From: a virus
Length of the DNA: 64,000 nucleotides
IMG/VR virus record: IMGVR_UViG_3300046713_000096
Span: 36,855 to 100,854 of that record
Direction: 5' to 3' (one strand)
A program made the position numbers and the translations under genes. Below, piece after piece: positions 31,975-40,557 of the stretch. The notes under the pieces were generated by a model that saw only the letters and a list, made by a program, of their open reading frames with translations, was not told the DNA's origin and did no database searches. Positions within the stretch are counted from its first letter, which is position 1; each line of letters opens with the position of its first letter.

Positions 31975-32373
31975 CTACTTAGCCGTCGGCGTGTACATCG
32001 CAGCGACTTCGAGACAGCCTGCGAAGTCGAGGTCGGCACCCGTCAGCGGGTGCTTGTCGGTGCAGAGCACAAGCATGCCGCTGCACGCGCGCTCGATCTT
32101 GATCTGGTAGCCGAAACCGGGGTTTAGGCGGTCGCAGGGGCCGAAGCTGACGTAAAGCGGGCCGCGCTGTGCGCTGGCAACGGCTTCGGCCTTGATGGCA
32201 CCGAGAAGCCCGGGCGCGTTCGAAGCGACTGGCACATATCCGCGTTGCTCGTTCAATACCCACCATTCGCCGTGCGGTGCCGCACTCGTGGGCTCGGTGT
32301 AGTAGTACTCGCCAGCGACGCCAGCGCGACGCACGAGCTCGCGCTTGCCATAGGGTGTGTTGATCATCGCCAT
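31975..32373 (-). CDS. Hypothetical protein (second gene of a cassette)
   Basis: 132 aa; AAGGA RBS upstream. Confidence 0.65.
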   Translation of the reverse strand: MAMINTPYGKRELVRRAGVAGEYYYTEPTSAAPHGEWWVLNEQRGYVPVASNAPGLLGAIKAEAVASAQRGPLYVSFGPCDRLNPGFGYQIKIERACSGMLVLCTDKHPLTGADLDFAGCLEVAAMYTPTAK

Positions 32374-32394
32374 GTGTGTCTCTTTCCTTCGGAA

Positions 32395-32655
32395 TCAGCA
32401 GAAGTCGCACGTGCCGGGCACGTTGTGCGCGCACGGGCCCACGTTGAAGATCGCGAGCGGGTCAGCGGCCTTCGGCGCGGTCGCGCCGCCGTAGTCGCTC
32501 GCGCTGTGCGCCGCAAACCACTTCGAGGCCGCCTTCGGATCCTTGCGCTGGCACTTGCCGCACGGGGTAGGGATCCGCTCGCTGCACAGGCCGTTGCACA
32601 GCGGGCAGTGACCGATCGAGCCGTACCACTTCGTCGCTTTGTTCGTCGTCGTCAT
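32395..32655 (-). CDS. Leaderless Cys-rich small protein
   Basis: MTTTNK start; CPLC, CGKC and CDFC motifs. Confidence 0.75.
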   Translation of the reverse strand: MTTTNKATKWYGSIGHCPLCNGLCSERIPTPCGKCQRKDPKAASKWFAAHSASDYGGATAPKAADPLAIFNVGPCAHNVPGTCDFC

Positions 32656-32881
32656 ACCCATACACTAGCAGGGGTTCGCTTCAACGCAAGATCTTTTTAG
32701 CCTAGAGACTCATGGGCCCATATGTGCCTACAAAGCTTCTTCGCTTCGAAGCATGTCTTGACGTCGTGCCCTGACAGGGCGCGCCTGCAGAAGTCGTGCA
32801 TCTTGTGGTCGCCCGCAATCTGCGCAGCGGCCATCTGCCCGCGGATCTCGTCGGCTTCGGCAGTGCTGAGCGCGCGCGTGC

Positions 32882-33136
32882 TCACACGCACACCCAAAGG
32901 CAATCTTTGTCGCTGATCAGCTTGATCAGGCCGGCCCTTGCAGCGGCGCGCAGGTTACGGCTGTAGATGCGCATGTCGGTGCGCGGAAAGCCGCGCTCTT
33001 TCAAGCCCGTCGCCTCGACGAGCTTCTGACCGTCGACCACGAGCCCGATGCTGCGCGCGTGCACGACCTTGATCGCGCTCGCGAAATTCGCGGTGTGAAT
33101 CTGCGCGTCGGTCAGTCCGTTTGTCTTCATCGCCAT
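32882..33136 (-). CDS. Leaderless hypothetical protein
   Basis: ATG 6 nt after TATTCT. Confidence 0.7.
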   Translation of the reverse strand: MAMKTNGLTDAQIHTANFASAIKVVHARSIGLVVDGQKLVEATGLKERGFPRTDMRIYSRNLRAAARAGLIKLISDKDCLWVCV

Positions 33137-33774
33137 AACCTAAGAATAGCGCGGTTTCGCTTCAACGCAACGCCTTTTTAGCTAGGGTTGTTTGGCACGA
33201 TTCTGCGCCTGTCAGCGGCACGGGTCGGCGGGCGCGCGTAGCTAAGCTATCTGCGCATCTCGGTGACCGCGCCTGCGACCGCGAGCGCAATCGGCGCTCA
33301 CAAGCGATCCTGACGCAGCGTCACGTGCGACATGCAGGCGCACAGCCTACACGGCGGGCGCGGCGCGGGGCGCGCGTAGGGCCCTGCAGGGCGCGCCAGC
33401 GTCGGACCCAAGCGAGCGCACCGGCCCGGGCGCCAGCGTGGCGCCAGCGGGCTACAGCTCGCCCCGCGGGCCTGTCTCGTCTTCGAAGCTGCCCACGACC
33501 TCGCCAGCGCTGTCGAGCACATAGCGGCGCGTGTACCAATAGCCGTCACCGTTGACCGGGCACGCGACCGTTTTCTTGTAGCGATCGCCGACCGTTGCGA
33601 GCTCAAGGCCGGCTGTCGCGAGGCAGGCGAGCTCTGCCTCGGTAGGCTCGCGATCGAGGCGCACGGCGCTCGCAGGCGCGCCCTTGCGGCACAGGTAAAA
33701 CACATTGGGTTTCGTGGCGTTCGTCATCTTCGTTTGCCCTTGCCCGGGCCCGTCGGCGCGGGCCCTGTTCAGCT

Positions 33775-34014
33775 TCACGCACCCGTAACGTTGCGAAAGT
33801 TCACGTTATATTCGTTGTAGGCGACTTCCTGCGCGGCGCGCAGGTAGAAACTCGGTGTCATTTCATAGGCTTCGCCGTCTGCGAGCTCGTGCATCAAGCC
33901 CGTCACCTTGCGGTTGAAGGTTTCGGCGCTGTCGGCGCTGTTCTTCAGGCAAGCGGCCATCAGGGCCTTGTAGCTGTTGCGAAGCTCGGTGACCGTTTTC
34001 GTCGTCGTCGTCAT
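33775..34014 (-). CDS. Leaderless hypothetical protein
   Basis: MTTTTK start 6 nt after TATTGT. Confidence 0.75.
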   Translation of the reverse strand: MTTTTKTVTELRNSYKALMAACLKNSADSAETFNRKVTGLMHELADGEAYEMTPSFYLRAAQEVAYNEYNVNFRNVTGA

Positions 34015-34097
34015 ACCCATACAATAGCAGGGGTTCGCTTCAACGCAACAACTTTTTGGCTAGGCGCGCACGCGGGCCCCGAAGGGCCCGGAATCAT

Positions 34098-34469
34098 TCA
34101 CGCGGCCTTCAGCGCGCGACCCGCTGCGATCACTTCGGCGCGCAGGCCGACGGGCAGGTGCGCAAGCTCGCGGCGCGCCCAAGCGGTGTCAGCGACGATC
34201 AACATGTCTGCCGCGGCGCGCTTCGCCATGTGCAGGGCCCACGAGCGATTTGCCGTGAGGATCCGGTCGCCTGACTCGGCCAGCGCACTGAGCGCGCACG
34301 ATGCGTTCAGGCGCGCGGCTTGCACCGCGGTGACCGAGCGCGCTGACAGCGTGCCCGCGCCCATGCACGCGAAACACTTGCCGTTGTCGATGTGCCCGAG
34401 CCAAAAGAGCTTGCCCTTGCCGTCGCACTTGCCGCACTTCACTCGAACCGTTTTCGTTGTCGTCGTCAT
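34098..34469 (-). CDS. Leaderless protein with a DnaJ-type Zn finger
   Basis: CGKCDGKG and CFACMGAG. Confidence 0.75.
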   Translation of the reverse strand: MTTTTKTVRVKCGKCDGKGKLFWLGHIDNGKCFACMGAGTLSARSVTAVQAARLNASCALSALAESGDRILTANRSWALHMAKRAAADMLIVADTAWARRELAHLPVGLRAEVIAAGRALKAA

Positions 34470-34551
34470 ACACATAGAATAGCGCGGTTTTGCTTCAACG
34501 CAACGACTTTTTAGGCGGGCGAGCATCGGGCCCCGAAGGGCCCGGAATCGT

Positions 34552-34845
34552 TCAGGATGCTTTCTGTTCGAGCGCAGCCAAGCGCGTCGCCTGCGCCTTC
34601 AGCTCGGATTCAAGTTCAGCGATCCGATCATCCTGTCGGATGCCGCGCACGAGGTCGCGCGTCTCGATCACGGCTGACCGCAGCTCTAGCAGCGCCGTCG
34701 AGAGTCTGACCTCGCTCTCGATCCGCAGCCGATTCAGGTCGGCGCCTTGCGCCTTCAGTGCTTGGATCTCTGCTTTCGCCTCGCGAAGCTCATCTCGGAT
34801 CTCACGCAACACCATCAGGGTCTGATCTGGTTTCTTCGTCGCCAT
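34552..34845 (-). CDS. Coiled-coil small protein
   Basis: 97 aa heptad pattern; AAGGT RBS upstream. Confidence 0.65.
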   Translation of the reverse strand: MATKKPDQTLMVLREIRDELREAKAEIQALKAQGADLNRLRIESEVRLSTALLELRSAVIETRDLVRGIRQDDRIAELESELKAQATRLAALEQKAS

Positions 34846-34863
34846 TGTCTTACCTTACCTCGT

Positions 34864-35142
34864 TCAGTGGTCGCCTGCAGGGCCCGCGCGGTAGCCGGGG
34901 GCGGTGATGCGTATCTCGCCGTTTACCTCGGTCACAGTCGCCTGCGTCGCTGTGAAGAATTCGACCGCTTCGCATGTCAGCTCGGTCGTGATGCCGAGTT
35001 GTGCGCAGAGTCGGTTCCACAAACCGATCTCGGCATGGATGCTGATAGGGCCCTTCCAATCGCGCGCGTCGCACACAACGTCGAAGGCTGTCTTCAGAAG
35101 GTCGCGCTTCGCGTTCATCGTGGCAAGCTCGGTCGAGGTCAT
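34864..35142 (-). CDS. Hypothetical protein downstream of structured leader copy 1
   Basis: GGAG RBS; 92 aa. Confidence 0.7.
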   Translation of the reverse strand: MTSTELATMNAKRDLLKTAFDVVCDARDWKGPISIHAEIGLWNRLCAQLGITTELTCEAVEFFTATQATVTEVNGEIRITAPGYRAGPAGDH

Positions 35143-35187
35143 GACAGTGTGCTCCGTTGCGAGGTGTTGAAAGTTGCTTTCGGGGTC

Positions 35188-35250
35188 CGACAGAGAGCCG
35201 CGTGCATCGAGCCCTGTGCGGGCCGCCGCTGCCTTTGCTCTCTGTCGACA
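35188..35250 (-). ncRNA. Structured leader/sRNA, family A, copy 1
   Basis: Begins at the predicted +1. Stem CGACAGAGAGC/GCTCTCTGTCG; a 38-nt core is identical to copy 2. Confidence 0.6.
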
Positions 35251-35284
35251 ACGTTCATACTAGCGCGGTTTCGCTTCAACGCAA

Positions 35285-35392
35285 CAACTATTTGCAGATG
35301 GTTTTCTAGGTGTATGCGTCCAGCGCACGCGCCCAATGCTAGCTATCTTCCCCCCGATCGAGAGGCGCTGAAGCCCGTAGAATCGTGCCAAC
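35285..35392. repeat. Block-conserved upstream element, copy 1
   Basis: Four blocks identical to 40395-40502, with 6/6/24-nt variable spacers. Confidence 0.75.
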
Positions 35393-35450
35393 GCACAGCG
35401 GGCCCGAAGCGCGCGCTGCGCCCGGGCCCGAGTGACTGTGCGAGCTTCGT

Positions 35451-35816
35451 TCACGCGATCTCGACTTGGTACAGCGGCGCGATCATCTCGACTGCGAGCT
35501 TCGCCGTCGAGGCGCGCCCGATGCCACGGCCTTCGGCGCTGATCTCGTAACCGCTGTCGCCGTAGGCGAGCTCGACCGTGCCGCGGCGCGTCTGGCAAAT
35601 CAGGATCGAGCCTTCCTTGCGAGCCTTGCGCATGTCCGACTGCGCGGCCTTGCACATCACATCCCACACGCTGCCCGGCTGCACGTCGCTCGCGTCGACG
35701 CACACGCTACCGCTCGCGAGGCGCACGTCGACGCCGTGTGCGTGCACGCGCTCGACGCTGCCCTTGTAGCCGTTCACCACCACGCTGTCGCCCGTCTTGA
35801 TTGCTGCGCTGTCCAT
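35451..35816 (-). CDS. Leaderless protein with an SH3/KOW-like N-terminus
   Basis: IKTGDSVVVNGYKGSVERV. Confidence 0.7.
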   Translation of the reverse strand: MDSAAIKTGDSVVVNGYKGSVERVHAHGVDVRLASGSVCVDASDVQPGSVWDVMCKAAQSDMRKARKEGSILICQTRRGTVELAYGDSGYEISAEGRGIGRASTAKLAVEMIAPLYQVEIA

Positions 35817-35929
35817 GACCTAAGACTAGCAGGGGTTCGCTTCAACGCAACGCCTTTTTGGGTGTTCCCGAAAAGCAAAGGGCCCGCGGCTACTTGCCCG
35901 GGCCCTTGTCCGACGCGATCCGCTCAGGA

Positions 35930-36253
35930 TCACACACCGACGAGCGCAGCGTGCACGCGAGCAGGCACGGTCGTCGCGCGCTTCCACTGCGCGAACCACG
36001 ACGGATCCATGTACGTGCGCGCCTTGACCTTGTAGGCGTAGCGCTGACCGCGATCCATGATGTCGATGAAGCGCACGACGTGCTTGCCGTTCTTCAGGCG
36101 CTCGCCCGTCGGCACCATGTACTGCGTCACGTTGCCGTCGCGGTTCGCCCACGTGTAGATCACGCCGGCTTGCGGCGCGCTGCCGATGTACAGCGCTTCA
36201 GGGGCCTGCAGGAAGTCGGGCGTCGTGTTCGTCGTGTTCGTCGTCGTCGTCAT
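35930..36253 (-). CDS. Leaderless hypothetical protein
   Basis: MTTTTNTTN start. Confidence 0.75.
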   Translation of the reverse strand: MTTTTNTTNTTPDFLQAPEALYIGSAPQAGVIYTWANRDGNVTQYMVPTGERLKNGKHVVRFIDIMDRGQRYAYKVKARTYMDPSWFAQWKRATTVPARVHAALVGV

Positions 36254-36294
36254 ACACATATCTTAGCGCGGCCTCGCTTCAACGCAACAACTTT

Positions 36295-36543
36295 TCACGC
36301 GACAATCAGGTAGGCGCCGATCCCGCCATTGTTCAGGGTGTGGATGTAGCCGCCGCGATCTTGCGCAGTGCCGACGTAGCCGCCGAAGTGCTTGAGCTCG
36401 TCGGGCGCTTCTTCGAGCTGCACCTGAAAGTCGACCCCGAAGCGGGTTTCGCGCTTGGCGATAACCGTGCCAAAGCGGTCGGCCTCGCAGATCGGATTGT
36501 GGAAAGCTACGCGGTCGCCGATGCTGGGTTGTTTCGTCGTCAT
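36295..36543 (-). CDS. Leaderless SH3-like small protein
   Basis: MTTKQPSIGDRVAF...FGTVI. Its stop lies in the A-tract of the next repeat. Confidence 0.7.
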   Translation of the reverse strand: MTTKQPSIGDRVAFHNPICEADRFGTVIAKRETRFGVDFQVQLEEAPDELKHFGGYVGTAQDRGGYIHTLNNGGIGAYLIVA

Positions 36544-36627
36544 ACCCATACAATAGCAGGGGTTCGCTTCAACGCAACGCCTTTTCACTTAGACGCGCAG
36601 GCGGGCCCCGAAGGGCCCGCAATCACT

Positions 36628-37425
36628 TCACTCTGCCTCGCGCTCGACGCCCACGTCTTCGACGCCCAAGATCGTCGAGGCGCAGTCGCGACCGACCCAC
36701 ATGCTAATCAGGCGCTCGCGACCGCTGCGCCGGTCGGTCATTTCCATCGCGACGAACATGCGCGACGGGATGAACTTGCCGCACACCTGACAGTGGCACG
36801 GCCCTTGAAACCGACTTTGATTGTGCACGATCCCTGCGCTCCACTTCACGCGGTAGCTTTTTTCCATCACAGGCGCGCCGTCACGGTCGAAGGTCAGCTC
36901 GCCCTGTTTGTTGCGCGCCTGCACCATGAACGCCTCGATCTCGGCTGGCTTGATCGTGCTCAAGTCTACGTCGAGGTTACAGTCTTTCAGCGTCGCAGTG
37001 ACCCGCGGGCTCGCGCCGATCGCGGTGATGACCGGGCGGGGTCGCGCGCTCGACAGTGCCGCGAATTCCGTGCTCTTGAGCGTGCACAGGTAGCCCCATG
37101 CTTGCAGCACTTCGAGCGACAGGCCCTTGACCGCGGTCACACCTTGCACGTTGCTGAAGTCGCCTGCGAAGCTTTGGCCGTACATGACGCATCTTTCTTG
37201 CTCGCTCGGATAGGGTAGCCAGCCGCTCAGCTTGCGAAGCTGCGCGCGCGACAGTAGGCCGCTGTAGAATGCCGAGTCGGCGCTCGCGTGCCCGCGCTTG
37301 ATCCAGCTGCCTTGCGCGATGCTCGCGTCCCACACGCGCATGCTCTCTTCGAACTTCGCGAGCTTCGCGCCCTTCAGAAAGCCCTTGATGGTCGCCGTCG
37401 CGGTTTCTTTTGTCATCGTCGTCAT
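36628..37425 (-). CDS. Leaderless hypothetical protein (265 aa) with a C-terminal Zn site
   Basis: CQVCGK and WVGRDCA, resembling the Zn site of the 16137 product. Confidence 0.8.
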   Translation of the reverse strand: MTTMTKETATATIKGFLKGAKLAKFEESMRVWDASIAQGSWIKRGHASADSAFYSGLLSRAQLRKLSGWLPYPSEQERCVMYGQSFAGDFSNVQGVTAVKGLSLEVLQAWGYLCTLKSTEFAALSSARPRPVITAIGASPRVTATLKDCNLDVDLSTIKPAEIEAFMVQARNKQGELTFDRDGAPVMEKSYRVKWSAGIVHNQSRFQGPCHCQVCGKFIPSRMFVAMEMTDRRSGRERLISMWVGRDCASTILGVEDVGVEREAE

Positions 37426-37434
37426 ACACATATT

Positions 37435-37692
37435 CTAGCGGGGTTTCGCTTCAACGCTACAACTTTTTGGTGCACAAAGCATGCACTCTTCGCAGAACTC
37501 AGGAAACCGCGCCAAGCGCAGCGCGCGGCGCTTGCTTGTCTCGCCGACGAGCGTGGCATGTAGGCGGCACACGACCGCGTAGCGCCCGTCGACGTCGAGC
37601 CCTTGCTCGCGCGCAACGTACACCACGACCCGGGCGCCTGTGGGCTCGTAGGTCGCCTGGCCTACGTAGCCCGCATGATTGGCTTCATCCAT
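37435..37692 (-). CDS. Hypothetical Cys/His protein
   Basis: YAVVCRLH and PEFCEEC; reads through the next promoter copy. Confidence 0.55.
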   Translation of the reverse strand: MDEANHAGYVGQATYEPTGARVVVYVAREQGLDVDGRYAVVCRLHATLVGETSKRRALRLARFPEFCEECMLCAPKSCSVEAKPR

Positions 37693-38001
37693 CAGCGCCA
37701 GCCGTCAGCGGCCTTCATGGCGTCTTCAGCGACGAACACTGCGCGCCAGCGCTTGTTGACCGTCGAGTTCTCGACAGGCTGCGCGCTTCAGCGTCGCGCG
37801 CTTTCGCGACAGCGGCTTCGTACTTCTCGCGGGGCGTTGTTTGCGTCGTCGTCATACACATAGAATAGCGCCCTTTCGCTTCAACGCAACAACTATTTTC
37901 CTAGCGGCCTCTAAGGGCCCGAGATGCGCCTCGCCACGCTGCGCCGACCGTCAACTGAAACGCGAAATATGACCACCAAATCAACGCCTTCGCTTCTTCC
38001 T

Positions 38002-38121
38002 TCACTTGTTGCCCCATTGCCGTTGCGATCTGCGCCACGCATCGCACGACTTGCATTCGCCGCTGCGACACCGCGCGTTGCACAGAATCAAGTACTGCAC
38101 TGCTGTCGTCGTCGTCGTCAT
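38002..38121 (-). CDS. Leaderless 39-aa Cys-rich microprotein (not in the ORF track)
   Basis: MTTTTTAVQYLILCNARCRSGECKSCDAWRRSQRQWGNK. Confidence 0.6.
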   Translation of the reverse strand: MTTTTTAVQYLILCNARCRSGECKSCDAWRRSQRQWGNK

Positions 38122-38210
38122 ACACATAGAATAGCGGCGTTTCGCTTCAACGCAACAACTATTTTCCTAGATTCGCATCGGGCCCCGAATGGGCCCGGAT
38201 TCGCTCGGGA

Positions 38211-38453
38211 TCACGCGCTGCGCACGAGGCCGCGCGTCGCGATCCGCTGCAGGCACACCGGGCACGTTACCGGGCCCTCTTCGACGAGGTCGCACAGCTT
38301 GCCCTGCTTGACCGTCTTGCACACCGCGGTGTCACTCTCGTCTTGCGAGGCGTGGCGCAGAAGCGCGCGCTCGCTGATGTCTTTGCCGCGGTACGCGCCC
38401 GCAAGCACGCCGTGAACCGTGTACGCCGTGGTGTCGATGTTCCGCTTGCCCAT
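38211..38453 (-). CDS. Leaderless Zn-binding small protein
   Basis: MGKRN start; VTCPVC motif. Confidence 0.7.
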   Translation of the reverse strand: MGKRNIDTTAYTVHGVLAGAYRGKDISERALLRHASQDESDTAVCKTVKQGKLCDLVEEGPVTCPVCLQRIATRGLVRSA

Positions 38454-38676
38454 GACCTCAGATTAGCGCGGTTTCGCTTCAACGCAAGCACTTTTTAGGC
38501 GGTCATCTCCCAACGCTCGAACGGGCACGCCTCGCCGCTGATTACATCGTAGGCACTCTGCCACGACCGGGCCGTGTGCTTGCTCGTGCGGCCACTCGAC
38601 CACCATACGCGCAGCGTTACCGAGCCCGTCAGCGCGCAGCGATGGCCTGCGCGCTCTTGCTCGCTCGTGAACTTCT

Positions 38677-38967
38677 TCATGACGCCACACCGAAAAACTT
38701 CTTGAACTCGGGCAGATTGCCGTGCCATGCCGCGATGTCGTTGATCGCTTCGGCAGCTTCGCTCGCGTCAGCCTTGCGCCACTGCTCGGCTACTGCGCAC
38801 GGCCCGAGCACCTTGCACGTCATCGGCACCCACACCGTCGTCGTGCCGCGCTTCGTCTGCGTCAGCACGTACTGTCGGCCGCTCGCGTTGTGGCGAAACC
38901 GTTGCCACATGTGCGCGCGAAACGTCTTCGTGTGAATCAGCAAGGTGTCTTTCGTCGTGTTGCCCAT
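38677..38967 (-). CDS. Leaderless hypothetical protein
   Basis: MGNTTK start. ATGA-coupled to a small ORF at 38495-38680. Confidence 0.7.
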   Translation of the reverse strand: MGNTTKDTLLIHTKTFRAHMWQRFRHNASGRQYVLTQTKRGTTTVWVPMTCKVLGPCAVAEQWRKADASEAAEAINDIAAWHGNLPEFKKFFGVAS

Positions 38968-39011
38968 ACGCTCAGATTAGCGTGCTTTCGCTTCAACGCA
39001 ACAACTATTTA

Positions 39012-39073
39012 TCGCATACACCATAGCCATTGTGGGTTCCAGTGTCACTGTAACCACAACTGTCGAGGCCCCT
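39012..39073 (-). ncRNA. Candidate sRNA, family B, copy 1
   Basis: The promoter copy is followed by AGGGGCCTCGAC...GGTTACAG...GAACCCACA.TGGCTATG and then the next promoter, with no ORF. Confidence 0.5.
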
Positions 39074-39274
39074 AAGTCCAGTATGGCGCGCGTTTCGCTT
39101 CAACGCAAGTCTTTTTTAGGCGGCTTCTTGTACCACTCGCGATCGCGTTTCGCGCGTGCACGTCGACGCAGCTCGCGCTCGACGAACCACCCCGCCGCCA
39201 AGACGAAGCCACACAGCACAAAGACGCCCGCGGCTTGCGCTGGCGTCTCGATCGAGTCTAGGCACATGCCTACA

Positions 39275-39577
39275 TCATACCGGGCCGCCCACGAACGCGA
39301 TGACGGCTTCGTCGCTGGCATGGCCCAAGATACGGCCCGCGGCTTTCCAGCTGTCAGAGCGGCGCACAATGCCGTCAGCGGCCACGAACGCAAGAGCCGA
39401 ACGCGACCCGCCCTCGGTCGACCAGAAGATCCGCGCGTACTTGCGCCCGAGCTCGAAGCCGAAGTCGTGATAGGTGGGCCGCCGACCGAGCTTCGCGGTC
39501 ATCAGGTCGGCGCGCGCGTTCAGCGCCGCTACGAAGGCCGTCGCGTGCGCGCTGATGCTCTCGGTCGTCATGGTCAT
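39275..39577 (-). CDS. Conserved phage hypothetical protein downstream of structured leader copy 2
   Basis: GRKYARI...AFV...SWKA pattern. Confidence 0.7.
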   Translation of the reverse strand: MTMTTESISAHATAFVAALNARADLMTAKLGRRPTYHDFGFELGRKYARIFWSTEGGSRSALAFVAADGIVRRSDSWKAAGRILGHASDEAVIAFVGGPV

Positions 39578-39588
39578 CTCTTCCCGGC

Positions 39589-39655
39589 TGTCGACAGCGA
39601 GCCGCATTGCATCGAGCCCTGTGCGGGCCGCCGCTGCCTTTGCTCGCCGTCGACA
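39589..39655 (-). ncRNA. Structured leader/sRNA, family A, copy 2
   Basis: Stem TGTCGACGGCGAGC/GCTCGCTGTCGACA; one compensatory change relative to copy 1. Confidence 0.6.
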
Positions 39656-39840
39656 ATGCTCATACTAGCGCGGTTTCGCTTCAACGCAACGACTTTTTAG
39701 CGCCGGTTAAATACCCGTCCGATATCCCAATGAAACCGGGCCCATCCATACACGAATGCCACGTCTTCGACGAAGGTCTTGATCCACTTTCGCACTGTAC
39801 TTCCCCTGATCCCCGAGCTTGCCCTATCGTGTCGCCCACC

Positions 39841-40125
39841 ATGGACGAACGCGAGAGATCTCTGACGTTGTACTACCGCGAGCTACCGGACGGCTTCGAG
39901 GTCGCCGTCTTGCCGCTCACCTATGGCCACGCGCACCTGTGCTACGGCAGACAGGGCGACGACGGCTACATGGACAGCTATTTCTACGCCGATCCCGCCG
40001 TTGCGAGGGCGGCTGCCGAAGTGTGGGACGGTCAGCACGACCCGCTTGATGGCTGGTACCGTCACCCGAGCACGGGTCGCCGTCGCAAGGATGGTGACCC
40101 GAAGCACGAATATTTCTTGCCCTGA
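39841..40125 (+). CDS. Hypothetical protein
   Basis: MDERER start; DPLDGWYRHPSTGRRR motif. Confidence 0.6.
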   Translation: MDERERSLTLYYRELPDGFEVAVLPLTYGHAHLCYGRQGDDGYMDSYFYADPAVARAAAEVWDGQHDPLDGWYRHPSTGRRRKDGDPKHEYFLP

Positions 40126-40132
40126 AGCGGCT

Positions 40133-40360
40133 TCAGCCGGCCAGCGGCCCGAGCCCGAGCATCGCGAGCTCACGGAAAAGTGCGTTCGTGCGCTCGACTG
40201 CATCCCATCCGCGCGCGATGCCCTTCTCGTCGTGCTTGCCCTTGACCGCTTCGACGACGGCATGTTCTGCCTTGCGTGCGGCGTCCAGGTCGGCGCGAAT
40301 CTGCGCCTCGGTGCGTGTCGTCTTCGTCGTCTTCGTCGTCTTGTTGCTGCGCTTGCCCAT
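40133..40360 (-). CDS. Leaderless small protein
   Basis: MGKRSNKTTKTTKTT start. Confidence 0.7.
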   Translation of the reverse strand: MGKRSNKTTKTTKTTRTEAQIRADLDAARKAEHAVVEAVKGKHDEKGIARGWDAVERTNALFRELAMLGLGPLAG

Positions 40361-40394
40361 GACCTAAGACTAGCGTGGTTTCTCTTCAACGCAA

Positions 40395-40502
40395 CAACTA
40401 TTTGCAGATGACCGTTTAGGTGTATGCGTCCAGCGCACGCCCCGAGTGCTAGCTATCTGGGCATCCTTCTCGGCCGCTACGCGCCCGTAGAATCGTGCCA
40501 AC
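40395..40502. repeat. Block-conserved upstream element, copy 2, between divergent promoter repeats
   Basis: Same four blocks and spacer lengths as 35285-35392. Confidence 0.75.
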
Positions 40503-40521
40503 ACGTGAGCCTAAAAAGTTG

Positions 40522-40549
40522 TTGCGTTGAAGCGATGTGCTGCTACGAT
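40522..40549 (+). promoter_or_regulatory. Promoter repeat copy for the membrane protein gene
   Basis: TTGCGT-TGAAGCGATGTGCTGC-TACGAT, then 8 nt, then ATG. Confidence 0.7.
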
Positions 40550-40557
40550 GTCTCTTC

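Larger units (their letters stand above)
31514..38196 (-). terminator. Repeated GGGCCC-TTCG-GGGCCC hairpins at cassette 3' ends
   Basis: Exact copies at 31514-31529, 34074-34089, 34528-34543 and 36603-36618, and a variant at 38180-38196. Each is 8-14 nt after a stop codon. Most lack a U-tract. Confidence 0.7.

Noticed and set aside
33192-33208. Sigma-54 promoter (TTGGCACG), also on the minus strand near 35391 and 40501
   Set aside because: The GG-to-GC spacing is 9 or 11 nt rather than 10 at 33192, and the other two copies have no GC at -12.
35188-35250. c-di-GMP-I or SAH riboswitch identity for RNA family A
   Set aside because: Short words are shared (GCAAAG, GCACAGGGC), but the order and the GNRA/receptor or pseudoknot architecture are missing.
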